From Octopus bimaculoides (lineage: Eukaryota): a stretch of 63,962 nucleotides of DNA. This document shows, piece after piece, positions 52,130-63,962 of this stretch (position 1 is the stretch's first letter; each line of letters opens with the position of its first letter). The notes beneath the pieces are model-generated. The model was not told the DNA's origin. It saw only the letters and a list, made by a program, of their open reading frames with translations, and did no database searches. A program made the translations under genes and the position numbers. The stretch spans positions 38,742,278-38,806,239 of the forward strand of contig NC_068981.1 of the NCBI RefSeq assembly GCF_001194135.2. Reading direction: 5' to 3'.

Positions 52130-53140
52130 ACATGGCTTACACAGCTCTTTCTAGCTATTTCACCAAATTACAGGCTAGAGACCCTCTTGATGGCTTTCTC
52201 CAGATCACCAAAAGCTAAGTACAAAGGCTTTCTTTTAGCTAAATATTTCTCTGGCAATTGTCTTTCTAGAAAGATAGCACTAGTAATACTCCTCCCTGAC
52301 ACAAAACTGAACTTCAGCTCATTTAGGCTAACTTTCTCCTAACAACAAACCTTTATTCTTTCTGTAACACTCATGACAAGGTTCACCAATCTGTTACCTC
52401 TGTAATTATTTCTAAGTTAAACTTTTACCTATGTATCAGCTGACTTTTATGCTGTTACACCAGTCATTAGGTATGACACCTTCCTATACAACCTAATTAA
52501 ATATACAATTGACTAGGTCATATTGTACCCCACTAGATATTTCAAGTATCTCAGCAGTGTTCCTCCTGATGGGCTAGAGGCTTTATCTGTCTTGTCCTTC
52601 ACTGCTTTACCTATCCATTCGGCTGTCAAGTAGATTAGTTGGTCCTTCTGTTGGGGACACATTGGGAAGACCCACTTTTTCCCATTCATCCTTCATAGTT
52701 AGTAACCATTCATAGTTGTACTTTCATGCTTCTTTTCAGAATCACTAAGTGTATCCATCCATACACATTTGCTTTTATCACTACAACATTCTAATTCTCT
52801 CTGATACACTGTCTTGCAATCCAGGGCACCTCATGTTGTTGATCTTCATGTTGCAGAACATTAGCAAACGTTTTACTTTCTACCTCTTCCTTTGTTGCAT
52901 AAATCTTACACCTAGCTTCTCTCCTAACATATTGATGTAATTCTCTGCTGTCACCAATTTTCTAGTCTTTTTACTTATGAAGCTTTGTCAACCTCATATT
53001 CCAGCAATACATCACCTTTGAGCTGACCAGGTCTTACACCAGTCATACATTTGGTTTGTGACCCTCAGTAGGTTGTTGCTTATTAGCTTCCACTTCTCCT
53101 CTGTGTTATATGTCTCCATCTCCTCCTCTTCGTGTCAGAT
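52130..53140 (-). mobile_element. Degenerate RTE-type ORF2 (linker to start of RT)
   Basis: Minus-strand peptides DQQHEVPWIARQCIREN, EGP...WI.KAVK, KASSPSG and EGVIPNDW match RTE ORF2 motifs (IARQ, KA.GPSG, IP.DW). Confidence 0.65.
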
Positions 53141-53252
53141 GCTTCAGCTAAGACCTCTCTAAATTTCTAACTTCTGGATATGTACATGCATATTCATATA
53201 CACCATATGTACGCATGGACATACATACTTACATATACTTATATACTGACAT

Positions 53253-53333
<81 letters not shown>

Positions 53334-53611
53334 TATAGATATATAAATATATATATTCTTTTACTTGTTTCAGTCATTTGACCACAGCCATGCTGGAGCA
53401 CCACCTTTAGTTGAACAAATCAACCCCCAGTACGATGACATTTGTCCANNNNNNNNNNNNNNNNNNNNNNNNNNNNNNNNNNNNNNNNNNNNNNNNNNNN
53501 NNNNNNNNNNNNNNNNNNNNNNNNNNNNNNNNNNNNNNNNNNNNNNNNNNNNNNNNNNNNNNNNNNNNNNNNNNNNNNNNNNNNNNNNNNNNNNNNNNNN
53601 NNNNNNNNNNN

Positions 53612-53659
<48 letters not shown>

Positions 53660-54229
53660 CATTACTACTGTCACTATCATCTTCCTCTCGTCATCATATT
53701 TTAATGTCCATCATCCATGTTAGTATGGTTTGGATAGTAAGAAAGGATCTGACAGGCCAGAGGACTGTGTCATGCTCCATCCACATATTTTCTTCCTCCT
53801 ATGCTGTTCTTCATCCTTCTGTATTGCCAACCAGCACCTACTCCCTAACTAATACCTATCATTAAATTACCCCTGCATCATTCACTATATTCTCTCCTAT
53901 ACGCATCATCTTCTCTCCACTACCATCCATCCAACTTATATTTTATCATAGACATCACCTCATCTCAAACCTTGTTCCTCATTCAGTATATTTGCACTCC
54001 TAACCTATTTCTTACCATCCCTCACTTTCTTCATACATTCTTGCTACTAATATCCAGCTTCCTTTCTTAACGTCTGCCTTCTAGTGCTCACTTGACCCCA
54101 TATCTTTGTTATCTTTATTTCTCTTTCCAGTTTCCCACTAATTACTCCCACTCCTGTGTAATATGATTAACGCAATCTTCTGATTACAAATATCCTATCA
54201 ATACCAACATATTGCAACCTATATCACGT

Positions 54230-56850
54230 TATGATCAAGGGACCAACAAGAAGTACTGAAAATAGGAGTTGTTATCGGTGCTGATGAGAGCTATGCAGCC
54301 ATTGTCTCATCTCATCTATCATGGAGATTTGATCTAAAACATCAAAAGCTGAATCCACCATTGAGAAATTCAGAGTTAATGTCTTTCAAGACATCAGCTA
54401 TGTACAGATGTGTCAACATAATTTTCAAAAACAGCTGCATAAATATATCTCCCCATTCATAGAAAAGCACAGAAGTTGATTGAAGAATGACATCATCACC
54501 CCTTGCAAGAAAACTAGTGGGTTCAAGGAAAAGAAAACTGCAGAATTAGTTCAATAATAATGATAAAGAGCTACAACAATAGACCCATGAAATGAGAAAG
54601 TCATTCATCACTTGACAAAAGGACAAAGAATTACATACCAAAACGAAGCACTATATCAGAAACATAAGGCAGCTGCCCAAAAGTTTACCCAAACCTGGAA
54701 AACCGTTGGTGGAGGAAGAAAGCTCAGGAAATGAAATTATTATCAAAAACCAATGACATACAAGGATTCTTAAAGTAAATATAGCCAATGCCTTTGTCTA
54801 CTCACAGTCAAGCTTCTATCAAAAGTATAGGTGTTTTAGTTATCCAGGAGAACATTGCAAACATCAAACATCCATTCTAGATGGTGGAAACATGATGATC
54901 TGAATCAGTCATGAGCAAATTTCAAGCTTTTCTGAATAACATGTCAAGCAAAAAAATTACCCTGAATTTTTTTGATGATGAGCCATGTCTCATGTGACCC
55001 ATTTCTTGAAAACGGTTGTCCCTGCCTAGTCAAAATCAAACTTTCTAATATGACAAGAATACAATTAACATCATTCCAAAATGATCTGCTGACAACTTTC
55101 TAAACAAAATACCAATATTTGAAAATTATAAGATTCATCCAAACTGATAAATAACAAAGCAACTTGAATTAAGGGGATACCAGTTGATGTCTACAAAATT
55201 GGAGACAATCAACCTCATTGTCAATTGCATCAACATCTTATCAAAATCTGGATATAGGAAGATATACCAGTAGGAGTTCGAAACACAACAATCATTACCA
55301 TCTACTAAAGAAAAGACAACTGATCCAGCCATAAGATTTCCCTTCTGGCAACTCCAGACAAAATTCTTGCTCACATTCTAAATATCTGGTTCAAGTCTTT
55401 CCCTATAAGTTCATCAAAGGTAATAATATTGTGTTAAATATATCAACTGGTAATTTCATTACAAGGTGATGCAAAGCAGCACATTATCAGTAAATACGTT
55501 GCCATATTTTAATCAGCAGAGTAAAGACATTGCTAAACATTATTTGAAGTTTTTGTTCACCAATAAAAAAAGAATATCGCATTTCATTTAAAAAAATTCA
55601 AAGACGCAAAATACAATCTAGAAATTTTTAGAAAATTGTAAAAAGAAACAATCAAGAAACTTAGCAATAACTGAACAAATATATAGTCACTGCAGAAATT
55701 CCACATTGCAACATTGCAGAATATTTATATAAGGTTCAGAATGATACAATATATATATATATATATATATATANNNNNNNNNNNNNNNNNNNNNNNNNNN
55801 NNNNNNNNNNNNNNNNNNNNTAGTGCTGTGGGAATTCAACTCAATGAATATCAAAAGTTCAAAATATTGAATTATTTAAGAGACATTGCTCATAACTTGT
55901 CTTTTCAGAATATTTCTTCTCTCCCTCTATTTAAAATTGTTATCTTGTTAATATTTCTATTTTTTCTTTTGTGTGTATTTTGTTTTTGATTGGTATTTTA
56001 TGTGTATACATTGAATAATGTTATATTAACTTTCTTTTTCTTTGTCTTTGAACTTCTTTTTCATTGTTAATGAAATGCAAAGAAGAATTTAGCAACAATG
56101 ATTTGGCATGGCAAGTATTTACTGATGATATGAGGAAATTAGCAAGCTATGAAATTTCAGGCACTGTATTAACAGTAATAAATATACAGCCAAGAATTTA
56201 CCAGAGAGCAACAAAAGCTACGAACTGAAGAGATCCTTCCAGAAACACAAGCTGGTTTTAAACCTACACATGGAGCAAATAACATGATCTTCACAGTGTT
56301 TCAACTACAATAGAAATATCCTGAGCAATGTTAACCTTTGTACATGGCATTCATCAACCTTTCTTTGACTCTATATGAAAAACACTGACGGTTGATGCTC
56401 ATTCATTGAAGGATGTCCTGTAAATATATATATGAATTCTGAAATTCCTCCATAATGATATGCTTGACAGTCAAGTTCAAGAAAAGCATCTGTGAGTTAT
56501 TTATTTCAAGTCAGGTTAAAGAGTAAAGCAGAGGTGTGTGATTGTTCCAGCACACTTTCTCAAATTCATTATCCCAGTCATCAACATAATTAAGGATGAT
56601 ATCATACAAGAAATCAAAACTCTCTACATTACAGGTGGTAGACTATTCAGTCATGTGTGTCAAAAGTTCAAAAAAATAAAATGTCTACAAGGTCTCTGGT
56701 CAGTTCCAATGTGACAATAACATTGTGGCTGATATCTCAGAAAACAAAAAACTGTCTGTAATAGAGCCTGACTGAACTCCATCATGCATTTAGGAAACTT
56801 TGACAAACCATCAGCTCCAGAAGAGTTCAGATCAGCTTCCAAACACTAGC
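54230..56850 (+). mobile_element. Degenerate RTE (BovB-like) ORF2 remnant, interrupted at about 55400-56220
   Basis: Collinear relics of WW.RKA, GIPVDVYK.G, ISLLA..DKILAHIL; resumes with EEILPETQAGFKPTHGANNMIFTVFQLQ*KYPEQC*PLYMAFINL, then VKQRCVIVP (GVKQGCV.AP). Confidence 0.75.
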
Positions 56851-58743
56851 GACAGAAATGAGATCAAATGAGATCAAAACATGAACCACATTCTGTGTCT
56901 TTCAATTCATTTCCCTTCCAATAGTGAAATTGATAATGAGATTGAACATTGTCTTAAATACACTTTTGAATTTCTTCAAACAAGAGTCTTGCATTTGCAT
57001 AAACACCAGTGGTATTGTATGCATTAGAAATACGCATTAGAAATTGAAATAGTATGTACTAATGACATCCGAAAGCACCTAAAAGTTTCTTAAACAAAGA
57101 AATTAAATATCATCTAGTAAGAGAGAAAAAAACAATGTTAATAAGCTGAATCAAGTACTAAAATGTAGGCATTGAAATGCTCACCATCAACAATGAAGAT
57201 GGTAGAGTGGTTCTGTGGTTTTGATGAAAGATTGATGTTTGCCAAAGTAAATTTAACAGAGGCAAATAATAGAAGATATTCACAGACAGAGGTAAATAAT
57301 AGAGAAGATATTCAAAGACATTTTAGAAACCAGCATGAAGAAAGTAACACTAGTATCAGCAACAGGAAAACAATCAATGACAATAACAGGAAACCCTTGT
57401 GACCAAGATGATGAATTGTCAGTCATTAGAATGTTGGGTAGAAAGCCTTGCAAAATTTGTTCCATCTCTTGTTCTTTTCAGCTCAAATCTTGCTAAGCTC
57501 AACTTAGAATTTTATCTTTGCTTGGTTGAAGTAAAACAATGTACCTATCTAGGGCATGACATAGACAGAAATGTTAGAAGATTGGGTAAGATTACTTGCA
57601 GTATCTGTGTGCATTCTGGAAGTAAAGCTTATCTTGACACTGGTGCCAAGTTATATTAACTCAAATCAGCAATCTTTCCCTTGGATAAACATTGGTGATA
57701 TGACAAGGGGAGACTTGCAGTCATGGGCAACTACCAATCCACATTAAAAGAAAAATCTTGCCTAGACTTGTACGTACGTAAACAGATACATGATCAGCCT
57801 TGATTGGTGGAAACCCTTCATATTTGTTAACTCTATTAGCAGAGTAAAAAGATATGTACTACTCTGCCTGGATTAAAATATGACTGAACTTGGATTTTTG
57901 GAGAAAGGACATGGCTCCATAATTCATATACTACAGATGACCATATCTGAGCGATAAAAATCTGTGATCTTCTTAAGATTTAAAAGATGAATAGTTGTGT
58001 GTATGATGACAAACAGAACAAGACCTTTTTCTTTATAATCTTGCTGCCAAGTAGGTAACCAGTAAGAATAAAATTTCAAATTGCAATCATACATACATAC
58101 ATACATAAGTAAGTATATACAAACATACATAGGTTCATGAATTTAACAGTAACTGTTTTCTATATGGAGAGAGAGTTGAAGAGACAATCATAATCTGATT
58201 TAAGGATTTAATGTAAAGTTTTAAAACTATAATTCTTTCCTTGTACTAGATCCTAGATGGAAAATAAAGCTTCCAAAGTTATGTTGTATGCAATGCTTTC
58301 AGTGTCTTATAGTCATTATCAATAGTTTATTAGACATATATTATGTAAAAAAAAAAAATCTTCGATGCTGACTGGAAGTCAGTAACGTCTACTTTGGATT
58401 AGTGTGTAGTTGAGAGGCTTGTTACTTTTTAGACAGCTGTTTAGTCTGTTCTGAAAGACATAAAAGTTGAAGTTGCAGATAGTGAGCATCACAGACTTCC
58501 TTTCTCCTTTGTGTCTGAAAACAGAGTTTCTAGATTCAGAAGCCTTATTTTTAATTTGCCATATCACTTAAATATCAGATTTAAAATTGGAAAATTAATA
58601 TGATTTTAGAACAACTAAACATTAAATACATGAAATGAACATGTGTAATTAGTTTGAGTGTGCATACACAGTCAAACTCAGAATGATAAACACATTTATG
58701 TATTTCCTATCTCTCTCTATCTCTCTTTCTCTTCTCTTTCTTT

Positions 58744-58838
<95 letters not shown>

Positions 58839-58892
58839 TAGGTAAGTGTGGCTCTGGGTGAGTAAATGTGTTTTCATTTTTCATCAACATTG

Positions 58893-59320
58893 AAGGCGGT
58901 GAGCTGGCAGAAACATTAGCATGCTGGGCAAAATGCTTAGTGGTATTTCATCTGTCTTTACGTTTTGAGTTCAAATTCCGCCGAGGTCGATTTTGCCTTT
59001 CATACTTTCAGGGTCGATAAATTAAGTACCAGTTACACATTGGGGTCGATGTAATCGACTTAATCCCTTTGTCTGTCCTTGTTTGTTCCTTCTGTGTTTA
59101 GCCCCTTGTGGGCAATAAAGAAATAAGAAATATTAGCATGCCAGGCGAAATGCTTAGCAGTATTTCGTCTGTCTTTACGTTCTGAGTTCAAATTCGGCAG
59201 AGGTCGACTTTGCCTTTCATCCTTTTGAAGTCGATAAATTAAGTACCAGTTGCGTCCTGAGGTCACTCTAATTGACTGTCCCCTCCCCCAGAAATTTTAG
59301 GCCTTGAGCCTAGAGTAGAA
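58893..59320 (+). mobile_element. Two tandem SINE family A copies (58893-59125 full length; 59133-59320 5'-truncated)
   Basis: AGGCGGTGAGCTGGCAGAAACATTAGC A-box region, GAGTTCAAATTCC B-box, tail gccccttgtgggcaataaagaaataagaaa; CpGs largely intact. Confidence 0.9.
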
Positions 59321-60139
59321 AAGAACATTTATTTGTTGCTATTTCAACTGTGACAGCATTATGTTATTTTGAATTTGAATACAATAAAACTCCAGATACC
59401 CTAGCATTGCTGCAATACAATGACTGAAACAAGTAAAAGAACGATATTGTATTGAATTTATTTCTGACTATACTCGTCATCAGTGTAAGATAATTTGTGA
59501 TAAGAAGAGTGATAAGAAGGGACTACAGCTTTCCTATTAAAAAAAAAATGTTACGTTGGTAATGCAATACCTATGTTGATGGTATTTTTATTTTATTTTA
59601 ATTTTTTCTTTTCAAAACTTGAAGCATTTCTCATTTCCTGATTTCCGACTAATCTTTTTTCTTTCAAAACTTGTATTTTGTATGCAGCTGGTAAGACTTT
59701 AATTGATTGAAAACATTCCAACTTTTTTTTAATCTTGATTTGCTGTATTTTAAAGTCGTTCCAGATTATCTAACTTAATTTTAGATATAATTATCAACTA
59801 TCTTGCTTTTCAGTTGTTCAGTTATTATTTCTAAAGAGAGCTCTTTGTAAAACTTTATTTATTGTAAACATAGACATTACAGCTTTGTTCTTTGAATTTT
59901 AAAAATGTAATATTTCCAATTATTTCCTTCTTGACAGAATATTTAATTGTGTATTAAAAATCTGTGTGAAGCAGTATGTTCATAATATAATAAAGTTATG
60001 AAAGCAACTAGATTTACACCATCATCATCATCATCATCATCATCGTCATCGTCATCATTATTGCCATCATTATCGTCACCATTACCGTCACCACCACTAC
60101 CATCACCAAACACTACTACCACCAAACACCACCACCACC

Positions 60140-61262
60140 AAACACCACCAAATGATTTGTAAAGAGACAATTTTGTACTGTAATTTATATATTGTTGGTG
60201 CCAAATGCATGACTCCAAGCCACCAAATGCTTGTACTGTCCTTTGAATTCGCAGACGTATTTCTGTATCCAGATTTTCATCATTTTGTACAAAGCTTCCA
60301 AGGTAGATAAAAGAATCAACAACCTCAAGTAACTTACTCTTAAAACGAACATTTTAGGCTGGTTGCAAACAGCACCACATGCAGGTTCATACATTTCAAC
60401 TGTTTTTTTCAAGTTGATGGTCAAGCCAAATTCCTCACAAGCTGAGTCAAATGCAGATACAAGAGATTGCAAACCTGTTTCAGATTGACTGACTAGATCA
60501 CAATCGTCAGTGTATAAGAGTTCCCTAATGAGCGAAGTAAAAACCTTCGTTTTGAATTTTAGCCTGGTCAGATTAAAATCATTCCCTGTTGTTTGATATT
60601 TTATGTAAATACCCTCTTCAGAGTTTTGAAAAGTGTGGAACAACACAACAGCAAAGTATATTTAAAAGGGGGAGAGTGCATCAAGATCTCCTTGCTTTAC
60701 TCCATTTTCCATGGCAAAAGATTCAGAGAGCCTACCACTGAAATTATCTCTAGCTTTCATATGTTGATGCAAAGCCCTGATGATGTTTATACATTTTTCT
60801 GGGCAACCCATTTTCCTAAGAAATAGTCACAGAGCTTTTCGATTAACAGTATTGAATGCTTTGCTCAAATCAACAAAGCAATAGTATAAAACAAGATTCT
60901 GTTCAAAGCACTTCTCTGATAGTAAAGATACAATCAGCTGTGCCCCTGGAGGAGTGAAAACCACACTGAGACTCAGACATCATATTTGGAACTATGAAAG
61001 TATTTAAACGTTCTAACAAAATGCGAGCAAGTACCTTTCCAAACACAGACAAATACAAAATCCCACGAAAATTATCACACAGATCCTTTTGTCCTGATTT
61101 ATATAAGGAGACAAGAATGGCATCAATCCAGTCTTGAGGCACTTTCTCAGTTCTCCAACAGAGACAAATTAATATATTTAAGAGTTCAAACATTTTGTCA
61201 TCCCCATATTTCAGGACTTCTGCACAGATTCCATCAGACCCTGGAGACTTATTGGCCCCCTA
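60140..61262 (-). mobile_element. RTE-clade (BovB-like) reverse transcriptase fragment
   Basis: KSPGSDGICAEVLK...KVPQDWIDAILVSLYKSGQKDLCDNFRGI...SESQCGFHSSRGTADCIF and FNLTRLKFKTKV...LLYTDDCDL...FGLTINLKKT (YADD-equivalent), with frameshifts. Confidence 0.95.
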
Positions 61263-61356
61263 TAAATCTGGCTCAATATATATATATATATATATGTATG
61301 TATAAATAGAGAAAAGGATAAAGAGAACAATGTTAGGAATATATTTTATGGATAGA

Positions 61357-61405
61357 GTCTTACAGCTGTTTCAGGGAAAATCCAATGCATCCCTTCATCG
61401 GAGAC
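61357..61405 (-). ncRNA. Minimal type I hammerhead motif, Penelope-like, U4C core variant
   Basis: GTCT-CCGATGA-AGGGA(12 nt)TCCCT-GAAA-CAGCTG-TA-AGAC: 4-bp stem I, 5-bp stem II, palindromic ACAGCTGT stem III, GUA triplet. Confidence 0.65.
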
Positions 61406-61742
61406 AGAAATAGTAGAGGAATCGATTATTATATCTATAAGCGAAGTTTTATAGTAGGAAGTGAGAGTGAGTGTGATGTGCTGAAAAAAGAAAGAAAAAA
61501 CAGTACTTGGAGTGTAGCTTCATTCCAGTAGTAAGTATCCGTGTAAATAATCCTTGTGGGAATTTTCCGGAGATAGTTGTTGTAGCAAAGGCTGAAATAG
61601 CAGAGGTGGGTATATGTCATATCGTGTCCAGAGTATACTGCGTGTGGTTTACTTGAAGGATATCGCAAATCAAGTGAGAGATGTGTGCAGGGTAAATAGG
61701 TCAAGTCATAGGATTATGACTTGTATATATATATATATATAT

Positions 61743-62016
61743 ATAAAGTGTAGTATATTGCCACTTAAGTGTGGCTGACCCCTAGGGGTGGATGTTACTG
61801 TTGCTTTTAGACCCAGGAGGACATCTCCTCCAGCTGGCTTATCGACACACGACTGTGTCCTGTTTGCCAAGGGAGGTTATCCCTCTCACCTCGATCTGCA
61901 GCACGAACGTATCCGGATTTCAGGGTTATTTCCCTTCGTCGGCGCCCGATAGCTGCTGACCTTGGCGAGAGAGACAAAAACCTGGCAATCTTAAGTGGCA
62001 ATATACTACACTTTAT
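61743..62016. mobile_element. 274-bp GC-rich element bounded by a perfect 27-bp inverted repeat (MITE, or LINE 5' end with inverted duplication)
   Basis: ATAAAGTGTAGTATATTGCCACTTAAG (61743-61769) and its exact reverse complement (61990-62016); interior is CpG-rich with several short hairpins. Confidence 0.75.
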
Positions 62017-62776
62017 CGTGCAGTTACTNNNNNNNNNNNNNNNNNNNNNNNNNNNNNNNNNNNNNNNNNNNNNNNNNNNNNNNNNNNNNNNNNNNNNNNN
62101 NNNNNNNNNNNNNNNNNNNNNNNNNNNNNNNNNNNNNNNNNNNNNNNNNNNNNNNNNNNNNNNNNNNNNNNNNNNNNNNNNNNNNNNNNNNNNNNNNNNN
62201 NNNNNNNNNNNNNNNNNNNNNNNNNNNNNNNNNNNNNNNNNNNNNNNNNNNNNNNNNNNNNNNNNNNNNNNNNNNNNNNNNNNNNNNNNNNNNNNNNNNN
62301 NNNNNNNNNNNNNNNNNNNNNNNNNNNNNNNNNNNNNNNNNNNNNNNNNNNNNNNNNNNNNNNNNNNNNNNNNNNNNNNNNNNNNNNNNNNNNNNNNNNN
62401 NNNNNNNNNNNNNNNNNNNNNNNNNNNNNNNNNNNNNNNNNNNNNNNNNNNNNNNNNNNNNNNNNNNNNNNNNNNNNNNNNNNNNNNNNNNNNNNNNNNN
62501 NNNNNNNNNNNNNNNNNNNNNNNNNNNNNNNNNNNNNNNNNNNNNNNNNNNNNNNNNNNNNNNNNNNNNNNNNNNNNNNNNNNNNNNNNNNNNNNNNNNN
62601 NNNNNNNNNNNNNNNNNNNNNNNNNNNNNNNNNNNNNNNNNNNNNNNNNNNNNNNNNNNNNNNNNNNNNNNNNNNNNNNNNNNNNNNNNNNNNNNNNNNN
62701 NNNNNNNNNNNNNNNNNNNNNNNNNNNNNNNNNNNNNNNNNNNNNNNNNNNNNNNNNNNNNNNNNNCATACATATG

Positions 62777-62808
<32 letters not shown>

Positions 62809-63394
62809 AATTATATTTAATTTTTATTTATATTTGTAAATCATATCCTACAGGATAGAAAGATGGATGAAAGATAGAAGGAAAGAAAAGAATGAAATGT
62901 GAAATGATAAACTGGGGGTCTGAAGTGAGTGCTAGGCAGGAGATGAAACAAAATACATGTCTTACTTATGCACTGGTCAAGTAGAAAAAAAAGGTGAATG
63001 ATAAAAAAGTTGGACGGTCGTTTGGCATTAAAATGCAAAGGAAAAGAGACAGAATGGAGTAGAAAAGGCTGGGGAAGAGCAAGTACAAAGAAAGAGGGAG
63101 TACAAAGAAAATAGGGAATAAGGATAGACAGTAGGTAGTTGACAGAGATGGACAGAGGAAGAAATGGAAGGCAGTAAAGAGAGAAAGTCAGCAATAGGTA
63201 GAGAGGCAGATAGAAATAGATGAAGAAGGTTTTCCACACAATAGGGGAGAGGAGAAGGACAGAGAAATAGATAGAAAAGAGAGAAAGTCTTGCACAAAAT
63301 ATTTGAACACTGTGTGAGGTGCCACTGAGTGAGAACAGAAGTGGGGTGTATAACATTGCATTACTAACAGCCATAAAATGTTGCACAGAAAGTC

Positions 63395-63445
<51 letters not shown>

Positions 63446-63920
63446 GAAGAACACCTTGCATTGTAGGTGTTCTAACACCAGCTGTGTGGTAAGAATAGGC
63501 ATAGGTGCGGCAGTGTGGCAATAAAAGTACACCCTTCCTATGTGACAAGCGGTATGTGCTAGTCATTATAAATAAAGTGATATCGATCAGTATAGAGAGA
63601 GTACGAAGTAGTCAGTCATAGATAGTTGCGGTCTTACTTGTCTAACGAACTATACTGTTGATATAGTTTTTGCAAGGTAGGGAACACTTGTGAAAAATAT
63701 TCTTTTTCTAAGTAAAAAATGCCATAAACATTACTCAATGTGCCCCACCTACCTCCTACTGGAAACTGGAAAAACAGACTTTCGGAAATAGGTGTTTGAA
63801 TTTTCCTGTTTTATCAGGATTTCTCCTCACTTTTTTTTTTTATTTATGCATTGCAAAACAATGATGAGAAGCCGTTTTAAAAGAAGAAGTATTCACGTCT
63901 TTTAAATGTTGGTGCCTCTA

Positions 63921-63962
<42 letters not shown>

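Larger units (their letters stand above)
4621..62766. other. Assembly gaps (11 N runs; the largest are 4621-4952, 23100-23474, 49756-50120 and 62029-62766)
   Basis: N runs, mostly bordered by (TA)n, as expected when short reads fail at long dinucleotide tracts. Confidence 0.98.
1..63962. repeat. Dispersed microsatellites: (TA)n, (CA)n, (GA)n, (TAA)n, (CAT)n, (TAC)n, (GGA)n, (CATA)n, (CGCA)n
   Basis: Dozens of tracts, for example 1-60, 21360-21580, 24057-24116, 27680-27735, 28735-28950, 38385-38480, 45915-45985, 50500-50745. They explain most ORF-track entries. Confidence 0.98.

Noticed and set aside
58893-58990. tRNA-like A and B boxes
   Set aside because: SINE heads: no cloverleaf, and they continue into the SINE body.
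62-63532. Long ORFs in the track rich in YI/CV/HT, poly-N/I/L/S or X
   Set aside because: They are translations of microsatellites or N gaps.

Overview
AT-rich, microsatellite-saturated eukaryotic DNA with 11 N gaps, most flanked by (TA)n. The repeat families suggest an octopod cephalopod (inference, no search run). No host protein-coding gene, rRNA, true tRNA or CRISPR array can be supported; nearly all ORF-track entries are microsatellite or N translations. The recognisable content is mobile DNA: several RTE-type LINE remnants, the C-terminal restriction-like endonuclease of a HERO/NeSL-type element inserted into a SINE, two Penelope-like GIY-YIG remnants, a Ty3/Gypsy RT-RNase H relic, a probable Tc1 relic, several MITEs and many tRNA-derived SINE copies. 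The most interesting signal is RNA-structural: six hammerhead-ribozyme-like motifs. Two of them (9249-9310 and 9528-9589, minus strand, beside the HERO-like ORF) have the three hammerhead strands in a non-circularly permuted order. One Penelope-type motif (4526-4567) carries a compensatory U3-A8 core pair. A few phase-compatible candidate exons (6569-7325) are listed at low confidence. Repeat boundaries were read by eye and are approximate unless TIRs are given.
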